Notes under the pieces: model-generated
Database searches by the model: none
The model's input: only the letters and a program-made list of their open reading frames with translations
What the model was told of the DNA's origin: nothing
Position numbers and translations under genes: made by a program
Shown: positions 1 to 9,942 of the stretch, piece by piece
Position numbering within the stretch: the first letter of the stretch is position 1
Layout: every line of letters starts with the position of its first letter
Source of the DNA: Rickettsiales bacterium
GTDB taxonomy: Bacteria > Pseudomonadota > Alphaproteobacteria > Rickettsiales > SXRF01
NCBI GenBank assembly: GCA_041396965.1
Contig: JAWKXN010000001.1
Span: forward strand, 462,058-526,057
Reading direction: 5' to 3'
DNA length: 64,000 bases

Positions 1-1570
1 GCTCAATCCTTCGGAAGAAGCACTCACCTCTTACGGCAATACTGCTACCGCGATGGGGAAATCCCTCAATCAGATGATTGAAGCGGTGGCCGATGCTGCC
101 ACCGGTGAATTTGAACGCCTGAAAGAATTCGGGATCAAGTCCCGCTCGCAAGGCGATCAGGTGACTTTTACCTTCCAAGGTGTTTCTACCACGGTGGGTA
201 AAAATGCCAAAGAGATTGAAGGCTATCTGCGCTCCATCGGTGATGTACAATTCGCTGGTGCCATGAAGGAACAAGCCGGAACGCTGAATGTCGCACTCTC
301 CAACATGGGCGATGCGTTCTCCAAACTGGTGAAAGCTATTGGTGACGCTGGCCTAACCGATATTCTGATCTTCATTGCCGATAAAATCAAATGGCTGGCG
401 CAGGTGATCACCGATTCGATTGAACCCTTCCGGCTTGGATTCAAGGCCTTCATCGCGGAGGTGATCAAGTTTGGTAATCTGTTTATTGCCGTGTTTGAAG
501 GCGTTGGCGATGCGTTCAATGCCTTCGGCGATGCGATTTCTGCACGCTTTGAAGCGCTGGGGAAAGACCTTGCTAATTTCGCAGAAAATCCACTGGTAGG
601 TATTTCCTTCGATAATACGCGTGCAGCGCTGGAAACAGGCCTGCTCGATGCGATGGGAACGGCCTTTGATAAGGCGCTGGCCAGAGCACAGGAATTTAAC
701 AGCGCCATTGATGCAGAGATTCAGGACGCCGCCGCAAAAATCGTAGAAGCACGCGCTGCCAAAAACCAATCACTGGCTGGATTGTTTGAAGAAACAGCTA
801 CACCGGACAAGGTGGAAGAAACCAGCAAAGCCGTTAAAGGCTTGAATAAGATGCAGCAGGAAGCCAAGCGCATCTTCGAGGCCACGCGCACGCCGCTGGA
901 GCGTTACAATCAGGAAATGGCGCAGCTGAACATGCTGCTGGAGAAAGGTTATATCAACCAAGACACGTTCGGGCGTGCAGTGGAACAAGCTGGCGAGAAG
1001 CTGGAGAAATCGACCAAGAAAACCGGCGAAACCATTGAGGGTGAGTTCTCCCGCATCGGTGAAACGATGGAAGGCTCGATTGCCGATTCGCTCGATGCGA
1101 TTGGTGGCCGCTTTGATGGCTTCGGCGATTTCTTCAAGGGCTTTCTGTCTGATCTGAACCGCACGCTGCTGCAATATGCGCTGAAAGATTTAGGCATCTC
1201 TGGCAAAGGCGGCATCATTGACGGACTATTTAGCTCCATCGGTGGATTGTTCGGCGGTGGTGGTAGCAACGGCAGCGGCGGTGGTTTCGGCAGTATCCTC
1301 TCCAGCGTTGGTAGCATGTTCGGCGGGTTTTTCGCTGATGGTGGCCGCCTGCAACCGGGCAAATTTGGCATCGTTGGTGAACGCGGTCCCGAACTGGCGT
1401 TTGCCGGGAACGCACCAATGCAGATCATGCCAAACATGGCAATGGCCGCCGCACCCGTCACTGTGAACATGAACATTCAAACACCAGATGTCCGTAGTTT
1501 CCGCCAAAGTCAGAGCCAGATTGCGGCGGATATGGCACGGAGCATTGAGCGTGCAAGGAGGAACTTATGA
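1..1570 (+). CDS. Phage tail tape measure protein, C-terminal part (5' end lies outside the window)
   Basis: The frame of ORF 53..1570 stays open back to nt 2, so the gene is truncated by the window edge. The sequence is long, helical and A/E/K/L-rich, followed by a Gly-rich tract (GGLFGGGGSNGSGGGFGS). It sits just upstream of RcGTA g12-g15-like tail genes. Confidence 0.7.
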   Translation, partial: LNPSEEALTSYGNTATAMGKSLNQMIEAVADAATGEFERLKEFGIKSRSQGDQVTFTFQGVSTTVGKNAKEIEGYLRSIGDVQFAGAMKEQAGTLNVALSNMGDAFSKLVKAIGDAGLTDILIFIADKIKWLAQVITDSIEPFRLGFKAFIAEVIKFGNLFIAVFEGVGDAFNAFGDAISARFEALGKDLANFAENPLVGISFDNTRAALETGLLDAMGTAFDKALARAQEFNSAIDAEIQDAAAKIVEARAAKNQSLAGLFEETATPDKVEETSKAVKGLNKMQQEAKRIFEATRTPLERYNQEMAQLNMLLEKGYINQDTFGRAVEQAGEKLEKSTKKTGETIEGEFSRIGETMEGSIADSLDAIGGRFDGFGDFFKGFLSDLNRTLLQYALKDLGISGKGGIIDGLFSSIGGLFGGGGSNGSGGGFGSILSSVGSMFGGFFADGGRLQPGKFGIVGERGPELAFAGNAPMQIMPNMAMAAAPVTVNMNIQTPDVRSFRQSQSQIAADMARSIERARRNL

Positions 1571-1577
1571 ATGTTTT

Positions 1578-2159
1578 TCAAAGTGGTTTTATAGCCAGTG
1601 AAAATAGTTTTTCTAATGTCTGATAATCTTGATGATGAAAAGCTGCTATCACGGCTTTCAGAAGCTCATCAACTCCCATTTCCGACCATATGATCTGTTT
1701 CTCTACCCGTCGGGCAATTTCGTCAAAAAGAAGTTTTTGGGTGCGGCCATTACCCTCACGAAAAGGGTGCAATACATTCAATTCGCCAAAATAATAGGCC
1801 ATGCGGTTAGGGTCAGTCAGATCGTCCGCAGCCATTTGGTTAAAAATGCGCTTTGCTTCTGCCTCAATATGTTCAGGCATTGCAAAAACCGTACTGCCTT
1901 TAGCCAGTTGCACAGAACGAATTTCGCCTGCCCAAGCATAAACATCCTGAAACAGGGTGCGATGAATGGTTTGCCATGCGGTAAGGTTAATGGAGGATTT
2001 TGAGATCGCCTGAATAACTTCATCTAGCCGCAGCGCAGTGGCGCGATGCTCGAATAATTCGAGCGCCTTTTGATCGGGAATATCAGGGATGTTTCTTAAA
2101 ACTGGAGAGTCAGGATATTGATACGGGTCAGAGTCTTGGTTCCAATAAGATTGGGTCAT
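1578..2159 (-). CDS. fic: Fic/DOC family protein (putative toxin)
   Basis: Carries the Fic active-site motif HPFREGNGRTQK (HxFx[D/E]GNGRxxR with the last Arg replaced by Lys). Its start overlaps the stop of the upstream small gene by 4 nt (ATGA). It is on the opposite strand to the flanking tail genes and has lower GC. Confidence 0.85.
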   Translation of the reverse strand: MTQSYWNQDSDPYQYPDSPVLRNIPDIPDQKALELFEHRATALRLDEVIQAISKSSINLTAWQTIHRTLFQDVYAWAGEIRSVQLAKGSTVFAMPEHIEAEAKRIFNQMAADDLTDPNRMAYYFGELNVLHPFREGNGRTQKLLFDEIARRVEKQIIWSEMGVDELLKAVIAAFHHQDYQTLEKLFSLAIKPL

Positions 2160-2392
2160 TGGGCACCGCTGCGAGCATCGGTGAGGCAGAGTTCAAGATA
2201 CTCATTCTTACTGACTTTCCCGGCGGCGAGTAATGCAAAAAGACGGTTATCAAGTTCGCTTGCAAACAGTCCTTCAAATTTATTGATAGCAGAAAAATGC
2301 TCATACATGGCGGCGCGACGGTGCTGCTCTGCTGCATCGTAAACAGCAGGTCGTAACTCAAATTCTTGCAGTTTTTGCTCTAGTAGCGTCAT
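2156..2392 (-). CDS. Putative VbhA-like antitoxin of Fic
   Basis: 78 aa and ATGA-coupled to fic. It contains SAINKFEGL, which resembles the inhibitory [S/T]xxxE[G/N] helix of class I Fic antitoxins, but has Ile at the S/T position. Confidence 0.5.
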   Translation of the reverse strand: MTLLEQKLQEFELRPAVYDAAEQHRRAAMYEHFSAINKFEGLFASELDNRLFALLAAGKVSKNEYLELCLTDARSGAQ

Positions 2393-2454
2393 GCCTCAAT
2401 TATACCAAAATAACCGGTGAAAATAAATAGTTATGTAACAAAGGAATAGATTAT

Positions 2455-3039
2455 ATGTCTGATTTCTCAGAAGTCCAGTTTCCATCAGATATTTCCTACG
2501 GGGCAACCGGTGGACCCATGTTCTTAACGGATGTGGTGGCCACGGTTTCCGGCCATGAGCAACGCAACAGCAAATGGAGCCAGTCGCGTGCGCGGTACAA
2601 TGTTGCCTCCGGCGTGAAAACCGAAACGCAATGGCAGGCGCTGATTGCCTTTTTCCGTGCGCGGCGTGGCAAGGCGGTGGGGTTTCGCTTCAAGGATTGG
2701 GGCGATTTTAAGGCCATCAACCAGCCTTTGCTGGCGCTGGGCGGCGATGAACACCAACTGGTGAAGCAATATGTCAGCGGCGCGGTGGTATCGGAGCGGA
2801 TCATCACCAAACCAGTGGCCGGAACGGTGCAACTCTATGAGGACAGCATCCTGCAAGCCAGTGGCTGGAGCATCGACACCGCCACCGGCATCATCACTAC
2901 GTCACTTTCCGGCACACTCACGGCAGATTTTGAATTCGATGTGCCAGTGCGCTTTGATACCGACGAGCTGGCGCTTTCGCTGGATAGCTTTGATGCGGGC
3001 AGCTGGAACAACATCCCGCTGATTGAGGTGCGCGTATGA
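2455..3039 (+). CDS. Distal tail protein, DUF2460 / RcGTA g12-like
   Basis: The N-terminus MSDFSEVQFPSDISYGATGGPMF, a length of about 194 aa and the position before g13/g14/g15-like genes fit the DUF2460 family. The stop overlaps the next start. Confidence 0.7.
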   Translation: MSDFSEVQFPSDISYGATGGPMFLTDVVATVSGHEQRNSKWSQSRARYNVASGVKTETQWQALIAFFRARRGKAVGFRFKDWGDFKAINQPLLALGGDEHQLVKQYVSGAVVSERIITKPVAGTVQLYEDSILQASGWSIDTATGIITTSLSGTLTADFEFDVPVRFDTDELALSLDSFDAGSWNNIPLIEVRV

Positions 3040-3899
3040 GAGTAATTTCCCCACAACTGGAAGCGCATTTCGGCAGCGGCCTGACCACGCTTGCCACCTG
3101 CTGGCGCCTCACGCGGCAGGATAACACCGAACTTGGCTTTACCGATCATGACCGGGCGCTGGTGATTGATTCGCTGGAATATGACTCCATTGCCGGGTTC
3201 ACGCCCACCGCGGTGGAGAGCAAATCCAACATGAGCGTGGATAACCTTGATCTGGAAGGGCAAACATTCCCTTCCAAAATCACAGAATCCGATCTGCTGG
3301 CTGGAATGTATGACTATGCCGAGATTGAAATCTTCATGGTGAATTACGAAGATTTGAGCCAAGGCAAGCTTGTGGTGAAGCGCGGGCGGCTGGGCGAAGT
3401 GACGCTGAACGCGCAGATGTTTCATGCCGAAGTACGCGGCCTCACGCAGCATTTAAGCCAAACCATCGGCGAAGTGTATTCGCCTTCCTGCCGTGCCGTG
3501 CTGGGTGATAGCCGCTGCAAGGTGAATCTGGCCAGCGTTACCGTGACGACCACCATCACGGAAGTGGTGAATAACCAGACCTTCAAGGCTTCTGCGCTTA
3601 CGCAGGCGGCGGGTTGGTTCACTGGCGGCGAAGTGGAATGGACATCCGGCAATAATGATGGGCGGCGCATGGAGGTGAAGGAATTCGCTTCCGCGCAGGT
3701 GGTGCTGGCGCTGCCGATGGGAAAATCCATTCAGGTGGGCGACGAATTCAAGATCATCGCCGGGTGCGACAAAACCCATGAAACCTGTCAGGGCAAATTC
3801 AGCAATATCCTTAATTTCCGTGGCGAGCCGTATGTTCCCGGCGTGGATGCGCTGCTCACTACCGCAGGAACCATGAGTAAGGGAAACCGCAATGACTAA
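3036..3899 (+). CDS. Tail hub protein, DUF2163 / BR0599 family (RcGTA g13-like)
   Basis: The N-terminus ...LTTLATCWRLTRQDNTELGFTDHD... is typical of the DUF2163 phage family. Synteny with the neighbouring tail genes supports the call. Confidence 0.7.
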   Translation: MRVISPQLEAHFGSGLTTLATCWRLTRQDNTELGFTDHDRALVIDSLEYDSIAGFTPTAVESKSNMSVDNLDLEGQTFPSKITESDLLAGMYDYAEIEIFMVNYEDLSQGKLVVKRGRLGEVTLNAQMFHAEVRGLTQHLSQTIGEVYSPSCRAVLGDSRCKVNLASVTVTTTITEVVNNQTFKASALTQAAGWFTGGEVEWTSGNNDGRRMEVKEFASAQVVLALPMGKSIQVGDEFKIIAGCDKTHETCQGKFSNILNFRGEPYVPGVDALLTTAGTMSKGNRND

Positions 3900-4377
3900 A
3901 GTCACGAAACTACAGATTATCCTCCAAGCCCGCACATGGCTTGGCACAAAGTATCACCACCAAGGCAGGCTGAAAAAGTCCAAGGCTGGCACGGGCGGCG
4001 TGGATTGCATCGGCCTGATTATCGGCGTGATTGACGAGCTGGGCTTGCAGGACGGCGAAGGTGTACCGCTCTCCCGGCATGATGAGTTCAATTATTCCAT
4101 GTACCCGGAGCGCGGGCGGCTGGTGGGCGCTATCCAGCGGCACTTACGCGAAGTGCCGATCGAGCAAATGACGCAAGGCGATGTGCTGCTATTTCGTACC
4201 TTCCGCGATCCGCAGCATGTGGGATTGCTGACGGAATATCCCACCGGCGGCGCTGGGCTGATTCATTGCAATTCCAGCGCTGGGCGCGTGGTGGAACAGC
4301 CGCTTTCCGATGCGTGGCTGCGAATGCTAACACACGTTTACCGATTCAAAACGAAACAACTTAACTCCCTGAAGTAA
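3892..4377 (+). CDS. NlpC/P60 family phage cell-wall peptidase (RcGTA g14-like)
   Basis: Has the catalytic Cys context GGVDCIGLIIGV with downstream His residues. At 161 aa it overlaps the g13-like gene by 8 nt. Confidence 0.8.
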   Translation: MTKVTKLQIILQARTWLGTKYHHQGRLKKSKAGTGGVDCIGLIIGVIDELGLQDGEGVPLSRHDEFNYSMYPERGRLVGAIQRHLREVPIEQMTQGDVLLFRTFRDPQHVGLLTEYPTGGAGLIHCNSSAGRVVEQPLSDAWLRMLTHVYRFKTKQLNSLK

Positions 4378-4379
4378 TC

Positions 4380-7300
4380 ATGGCTGATATTGTCCTTCCT
4401 GTCGTCGGCGGCGTGGCCGGTTTTGTGCTGGGTGGTCCCTCCGGGGCGATCCTTGGCGCGAATCTTGGCGGTATGGCTGCGGGGATGTTCTTCCCGCGCA
4501 CGCAGCGCGTCCAGCTTCCGACTCAGGAAGGACCGCGCCTCGCTGATCTTCGGGCGCAGATTTCCTCCTACGGGAATATGATCCCGAAAGTGTACGGCAC
4601 CATGCGGCTGGCCGGAAACGTCATCTGGTCAACCGATATTAAGGAAGTCCGCAGCGAGAAAACCACCACGCAAACCTCCAGCGGTGGCGGCAAAGGCGGT
4701 GGCGGCGGCAAAACCACTACCAGCCAAACCACGATTTCCTATGAGTATTTCGTCACGCTGGCCATTGCCATTTGCGAGGGTGAGATTGACGAGGTGATCC
4801 GCGTATGGGCGGATAGCAAGGTGCTGACGGAAGCCGAACTCTCTGCCGCGCAGGGCAAGTATAACGTCCATTTCGGCACCGAAGATCAGGGCGTTGACGA
4901 CATTATGGCCAAATACCTGCCAGCTGGTGCGATTCCGGCGCATAGGGGCATGGCCTATGTGGTGATTGAGGATTTCCCGCTGGCGGCTTATGGCAATCGC
5001 ATTCCCAATTTCACGTTCGAGGTGCGCCGTACCGTTAAATTCCAGCCCAGCGTAGAAGATAAGGTCAAAGACATCGTGATAATCCCCGGCGCGGGGGAAT
5101 TCGTCTATGGCACACAGGTCACCACCAAGCAGGATGGATATTATGCCTATTTCGGCGGAGCCTTCACGCCTTCCAGCGACAAGAAAAGCATCAACATGCA
5201 CAATTACGAAGGCAAAGCCGATGTACAGGTGGCGATTGACCAGCTGCTAAAGGTATTGCCGAATCTGGAATGGGTGGCGGTGGTGGTGACGTGGTTCGCC
5301 ACTTCCACTGATGCCGGGGATTGTGAAATCATCCCTAAAGTGGAATTCCAAGGCACCACGCAGGTGCTGCCGCAGGATTGGAGCGTGGCCGGTTACACCC
5401 GCGCTACCGCGCAAACGGTACTGTTCTTTGATGATGACAAGCCCACCTATGGCGGCACGCCTTCCGACCACACGGTGGTGCAGCTTTGCGCGGAACTGAA
5501 AGCCCGTGGCCTGAACGTCATGCTCTATCCCATGCCGTTCGTGGACACCATTACGCCGGTGCCGAAGCCTTGGCGCGGGCGCATCGAACCTGCAAACGCC
5601 ACCGATGCGGCCAGCTGGTTCACCAAAACCAACGGCTATAACGCCTTCATCATGCACTACGCCAATCTGCTGAGCGGCGATGTGGATGCATTCGTTATCG
5701 GCTCGGAGCTGATCGGTATGACCGGCTTTAGCGATTCGCCCGGAAGCTATCCGGCGGTGGCGCAGCTGGTGAGTTTAGCGGCCAGCGTGAAAGCCGCCAT
5801 GCCCGGAACGCTGATTACCTATGCCGCCGACTGGAGCGAATATCACAGCACGGGCGGCTGGTTTAATCTCGATCCGCTGTGGGCATCTAGCAATATCGAC
5901 TTTGTGGGGATTGATAGCTATTTCCCGCTGACGCCGGACTTGCCGCAAATCCAGATCACGCCGGAGCTTATCACCGAATATTGGGAGAGCGGCGAAGGCT
6001 GGGATTATTACTATGCGGATTCCGTGGCTCGCACTGGACAAACGAGCTATGGCGGTGATCCGACCTACGCATGGAAGAACCTCGAACACTGGTGGAAGAA
6101 CACTCACACCAACCCCGATTCTAACGTGACGGGTTGGACATCGAAAATGAAGCCGGTCTGGTTTACGGAATTCGGCTTTCCTTCGGTGGATGGCTGCACC
6201 AACCAGCCTAACGTATTCTATGATCCGACCAGCTCGGAAAGTTTCTTTCCGCGTGGAAGCAAAGGCCGGGTGGATTTTCAGGCGCAGCGCGTGGCGCTGG
6301 ATGCGACGCTTGATTATCTGGAAGCGCGGGAAACCGCTTCCGGCAATGCTGGCCTTGTAGCGCGGCGTTTTATCTGGACGTGGGACGCACGCCCGTTTTC
6401 CTTCTGGCCTGATCTGGAAGGCGTGTGGCAGGATTCTATCCTCTGGGCAACCGGGCATTGGGTGAACGGCAAGCTGGGCGCTTCCACGCTGGGCGCGGTG
6501 GTGGCGGAGTTGCTGCAAGCCGCTGGCCTCACGCCTTCGGATTATGACGTCACCCGCCTGACTGCCTCGCTGGAGGGGTTCATCCTGCAACAGCCGATCA
6601 CGGTGCGTAATGCGTTGGAGCAGCTGGCCAGTGGCTTCTTCTTCGATGTAGTGGAAAGCGACGGCATCTTAAAATGCGTGCCGCGTGGCAATGCGTCGGT
6701 GAAATCCATCCCGGAAGCTGACCTCATCCCCAGCGCCAAAAGTGGCGTGCAGGATGTGCTGGAAATCAATTACGCACAGGAGCTTGAACTGCCCCAGCGC
6801 GTCAATGTGACCTATATCGACCGGCCATTTAATTATGACCCGGTGACGCAGACTTCCCAGCGGCAGGTGGTGCGTGCGGTGGATCAGGTGACGATGAATC
6901 TACCGATTGTGATGGGTGCGACGCAGGCCAAGCAGGTAGCGGATATTACCCTCTATGGCACTTGGAAGGAGCGCCTGAGCTTTAGCCTGACCGTGCCGCC
7001 CAAATATGTACGGCTGGAACCGACCGACGTCATCACCGTGACCGTTTCCGGGGTGGCGCATGAAATGCGCGTCATCAAAACCGATATGGAAGCCAACGGC
7101 CTGATGAAAATCAACGCCGTGGCGGAGGATGTGAGTTCCTACGATTTCTACACCCCACCCGGTGAAACATCGCGGAATATCACGCCGCCGGTGCTGGTGC
7201 CGGAAACGCTGCTTCAGTTTGTGGACGCGCCGCCGCTGCCGGTGGATACGGTGCAAAATCAGGGATTGCTGCGCCTTGGCGTGGCTCCTGATGGCGCGGA

Positions 7301-8132
7301 TTGGAATGGTGCGGCGATCTACCGTTCCGACGATGGCGGAGAAGATGGCGGCAACACCTTCAACCTGCTGGCCGGGCTGGAGGGCGCGGCCACTTTCGGT
7401 GTTATCATCACCGACCTTGCCGCCGGTATCACGGAAACGTGGGATCAGGTGAATCTGGTGGAGGTGGTATTAACCGCCGGAAGCCTCGCCAGCGTCAGTG
7501 AATTGGCCGTGTTGAACGGAGCGAACGCTGCTTTAATCGGTGACGAGCTGGTGCAATTCCAGAATGCGGAGCTGATCGGCGAGCGTACCTATCGCCTTTC
7601 CCGGCTTTTGCGGGGGCGGCAGGGTACGGAATGGGCGGTGGGTAGTCATACCGCCGGGGACAGGTTCATCCTGCTTTCTCTGGCCTTATATACGACCGCA
7701 ATCGCTAATAACCTGATCGGGCGCGAACTGTTCTACAAAGCGGTGAGCGTTGGCAACTCGCTGGGTAATACCGACGAGATTACCTTCACCTATACCGGGC
7801 GAAGCCTGAAACCCTTCGCGCCGGTGCATGTGAAAGGCCTACGCGATGGTTCCGGCAATCTCTCGATCAGCTGGGTGCGCCGTTCCCGCGTCGATGCCGA
7901 ATGGCGCGACGGGGTGGACATTCCGCTGGGTGAGGAATCGGAACGCTACGAGGTGGAAATCATGGACGGGTCAACGGTGATGCGCACCATCGCCACCACC
8001 AGCCCGACCGCCAGCTACAGCGCCGCCGAGCAAACCGCCGATTTCGGCAGCCCGCAAAGCAGCGTGGCCGTGAAAGTCTATCAGCTTTCCGCCGTGGTTG
8101 GACGCGGATACGCCGCCAGCGCCAGCATCTAA
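4380..8132 (+). CDS. Host-specificity / central tail fibre protein (RcGTA g15-like, GTA TIM-barrel-like domain)
   Basis: 1250 aa with an N-terminal Gly-rich membrane-like segment. Its position after the NlpC/P60 gene matches the g12-g15 order of RcGTA-type tails. Confidence 0.8.
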   Translation: MADIVLPVVGGVAGFVLGGPSGAILGANLGGMAAGMFFPRTQRVQLPTQEGPRLADLRAQISSYGNMIPKVYGTMRLAGNVIWSTDIKEVRSEKTTTQTSSGGGKGGGGGKTTTSQTTISYEYFVTLAIAICEGEIDEVIRVWADSKVLTEAELSAAQGKYNVHFGTEDQGVDDIMAKYLPAGAIPAHRGMAYVVIEDFPLAAYGNRIPNFTFEVRRTVKFQPSVEDKVKDIVIIPGAGEFVYGTQVTTKQDGYYAYFGGAFTPSSDKKSINMHNYEGKADVQVAIDQLLKVLPNLEWVAVVVTWFATSTDAGDCEIIPKVEFQGTTQVLPQDWSVAGYTRATAQTVLFFDDDKPTYGGTPSDHTVVQLCAELKARGLNVMLYPMPFVDTITPVPKPWRGRIEPANATDAASWFTKTNGYNAFIMHYANLLSGDVDAFVIGSELIGMTGFSDSPGSYPAVAQLVSLAASVKAAMPGTLITYAADWSEYHSTGGWFNLDPLWASSNIDFVGIDSYFPLTPDLPQIQITPELITEYWESGEGWDYYYADSVARTGQTSYGGDPTYAWKNLEHWWKNTHTNPDSNVTGWTSKMKPVWFTEFGFPSVDGCTNQPNVFYDPTSSESFFPRGSKGRVDFQAQRVALDATLDYLEARETASGNAGLVARRFIWTWDARPFSFWPDLEGVWQDSILWATGHWVNGKLGASTLGAVVAELLQAAGLTPSDYDVTRLTASLEGFILQQPITVRNALEQLASGFFFDVVESDGILKCVPRGNASVKSIPEADLIPSAKSGVQDVLEINYAQELELPQRVNVTYIDRPFNYDPVTQTSQRQVVRAVDQVTMNLPIVMGATQAKQVADITLYGTWKERLSFSLTVPPKYVRLEPTDVITVTVSGVAHEMRVIKTDMEANGLMKINAVAEDVSSYDFYTPPGETSRNITPPVLVPETLLQFVDAPPLPVDTVQNQGLLRLGVAPDGADWNGAAIYRSDDGGEDGGNTFNLLAGLEGAATFGVIITDLAAGITETWDQVNLVEVVLTAGSLASVSELAVLNGANAALIGDELVQFQNAELIGERTYRLSRLLRGRQGTEWAVGSHTAGDRFILLSLALYTTAIANNLIGRELFYKAVSVGNSLGNTDEITFTYTGRSLKPFAPVHVKGLRDGSGNLSISWVRRSRVDAEWRDGVDIPLGEESERYEVEIMDGSTVMRTIATTSPTASYSAAEQTADFGSPQSSVAVKVYQLSAVVGRGYAASASI

Positions 8133-8153
8133 TCAACAAAACCGGAGGATTCC

Positions 8154-8858
8154 ATGTCTCAGACCACACGTCTGGGCTTGCCTTATATTGTTTCAAGCCA
8201 AGCCCAAAAAGAAGTCACGCATAATGAAGGGTTAAATAAGCTCGATGCGTTCGTCACGCCGGTAGTGGCGGATATTGCAGATAGCCCACCCGGAAGCCCG
8301 GCGGCGGGTGATTTGTATATCGTTGGTAGTAGTCCGTCGGGGGATTTCACCGGCCATGCCAACCAGCTGGCGCAATACCAGACTGGTGGCTGGGTGTTTT
8401 ACGCACCATTCAAATGGATGGATGCGGTGGTGGAGTCGCTGGATTCGCGCATGGCCTATGATGGTGCCTCTTGGGTTCCCTTCGGCCTGATCATGAGGGA
8501 TACCGGCGAGTATCTGCGCGTGCAGAGCTGGCAGGAAGATGTTGATCTAAGCCTTACCAATGCCACAGCCACCAACATTCCCGACCGCTCCAGCGTGATC
8601 GCCGTCAACACGCGTGTGATCACTGCCGTGACAGGCAGCGTCACTACCTTCGGCGTTGGCGTATCGGGCGATACCTCACGCTATGGAAACGGCATCGGCA
8701 CGGGCGTGGACTCCACCAATATCGGCATGAGCTATCACCCCGTGACTTATTACAGCGACACGCCGGTTTTGCTCACACCGGACGCTGGTTCCTTCACCGG
8801 CGGGCTGGTGCGGATCAATGTACAGTATCTGAAACCTCACGGACCATGGAACTGGTAA
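8154..8858 (+). CDS. DUF2793 domain tail-fibre-associated protein
   Basis: The N-terminus TRLGLPYIVSSQAQKEVTHNEGLNKLDAFV...PPGSPAAGDLYIV is characteristic of DUF2793 proteins, which follow g15-like genes in alphaproteobacterial phages. Confidence 0.65.
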   Translation: MSQTTRLGLPYIVSSQAQKEVTHNEGLNKLDAFVTPVVADIADSPPGSPAAGDLYIVGSSPSGDFTGHANQLAQYQTGGWVFYAPFKWMDAVVESLDSRMAYDGASWVPFGLIMRDTGEYLRVQSWQEDVDLSLTNATATNIPDRSSVIAVNTRVITAVTGSVTTFGVGVSGDTSRYGNGIGTGVDSTNIGMSYHPVTYYSDTPVLLTPDAGSFTGGLVRINVQYLKPHGPWNW

Positions 8859-8859
8859 T

Positions 8860-9684
8860 ATGACAAACGCTTATCACTATGCGAACACCTTTGATGACGC
8901 GCTGGCGAATGAATTCGAGGGCGTGCTTTCCATGCGGTATGATCCGCGAGACATGCAGGGGCTGGCGGTTTGGCATGATGGAAGCGACACCGCCAGCCTC
9001 ATCATTGTGAATGATCAAGTGGCCGTGTGGGCAGATAAGTCAGGCAATAATCATCCGCTCGGACCCGTTGCCGGTGAAGCATTGCCCAGCCTAAGCGCCA
9101 GCCTGCAAAATGGTATGCGCGGCGTGTTCTTCGACTATGCAGCAAAAGAGATGATGGAGAGCGACTATATCGCAGCGGCGGATGGCTCCATCTCTGCCTT
9201 TGTGGTGGCCAAGCGTGTGGATGCCTCCAGCCTCTATGACGGTGGCTCGGTGTATAAAAACATTCTGTCCATCGGCAGGCCTGATGGCACCACCACAGAA
9301 ACCGGCAAGATCAACATTACCGAAGATCGCGATAGTGGCGATGTACGCACCAATGCTCACAAGGTATCGGCCAATAATAGTGCGGGCGAGATATTGTGGG
9401 ATGGCAAAGCGCATATTCTCACCTCGATCCTTACTTATGCCACCAATTTCTCGTTGGAAGGCCGCGCCGATGGGGTGCGTGAAGAACTGGGTGAGCGCAC
9501 GAGTATCGGGCTCGCGGATGAACTCGGTCCCTTACAGATCGGTGGTTCAACCAGCGCCAGCAGTCGGCGCTTTTGGGGAACGGTCTATGAAGTGCTGATT
9601 TACGAACGCGCACTAAACCCAGCCGAAACACAGATCATCGAGAAATACTTATCCGCCAAATGGGGCGTAGTCCTGCAAAGCTAG
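8860..9684 (+). CDS. LamG/concanavalin-like domain tail fibre protein
   Basis: The C-terminal signature RFWGTVYEVLIYERALNPAETQIIEKYLSAKWGV is typical of LamG-type lectin domains. It starts 2 nt after the previous stop. Confidence 0.5.
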   Translation: MTNAYHYANTFDDALANEFEGVLSMRYDPRDMQGLAVWHDGSDTASLIIVNDQVAVWADKSGNNHPLGPVAGEALPSLSASLQNGMRGVFFDYAAKEMMESDYIAAADGSISAFVVAKRVDASSLYDGGSVYKNILSIGRPDGTTTETGKINITEDRDSGDVRTNAHKVSANNSAGEILWDGKAHILTSILTYATNFSLEGRADGVREELGERTSIGLADELGPLQIGGSTSASSRRFWGTVYEVLIYERALNPAETQIIEKYLSAKWGVVLQS

Positions 9685-9693
9685 GAAATCATT

Positions 9694-9807
9694 ATGGATG
9701 AAGAATTGAAAAAAGCCATTCGCGCTGCCGTGCGCGAAGGGATCGAGGACGCTTTGACCAAATACGGGATCGACACCAGCGATCCCACGGGGTGCAGGCG
9801 GACATGA
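9694..9807 (+). CDS. Small hypothetical phage protein (37 aa)
   Basis: Hand-translated as MDEELKKAIRAAVREGIEDALTKYGIDTSDPTGCRRT. Its stop overlaps the next ATG (ATGA). It is not in the ORF track because it is under 60 aa. Confidence 0.3.
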   Translation: MDEELKKAIRAAVREGIEDALTKYGIDTSDPTGCRRT

Positions 9808-9941
9808 TTTACTTGCGCAAATCCCGCACCGGCTCGGACGAGGTTCTCAAATGGGCAAAACGCTCCGCTATCACTGCCGCCGTCACCGGTGCGCTGGTGG
9901 CGCTGTGGCAAGGATTCAAACAGATCATTCAGGGAGGTTAA
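9804..9941 (+). CDS. Small single-TM phage protein (45 aa), possible lysis accessory
   Basis: Hand-translated as MIYLRKSRTGSDEVLKWAKRSAITAAVTGALVALWQGFKQIIQGG, with one hydrophobic helix. It ends 1 nt before the holin ATG and contains the holin RBS GGGAGG. Confidence 0.35.
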   Translation: MIYLRKSRTGSDEVLKWAKRSAITAAVTGALVALWQGFKQIIQGG

Positions 9942-9942
9942 T

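Noticed and set aside
223-6590. Many long antisense or alternative-frame ORFs in the GC-rich prophage, for example 223..708, 949..1476, 2835..3452, 3453..3947, 4629..5201, 5247..5657 and 5775..6590
   Set aside because: They lie entirely inside well-supported tail genes on the other strand. Their Arg/Ala/Pro/Gly-rich, low-complexity translations are typical of stop-poor frames in high-GC DNA, and they lack RBS and start context.
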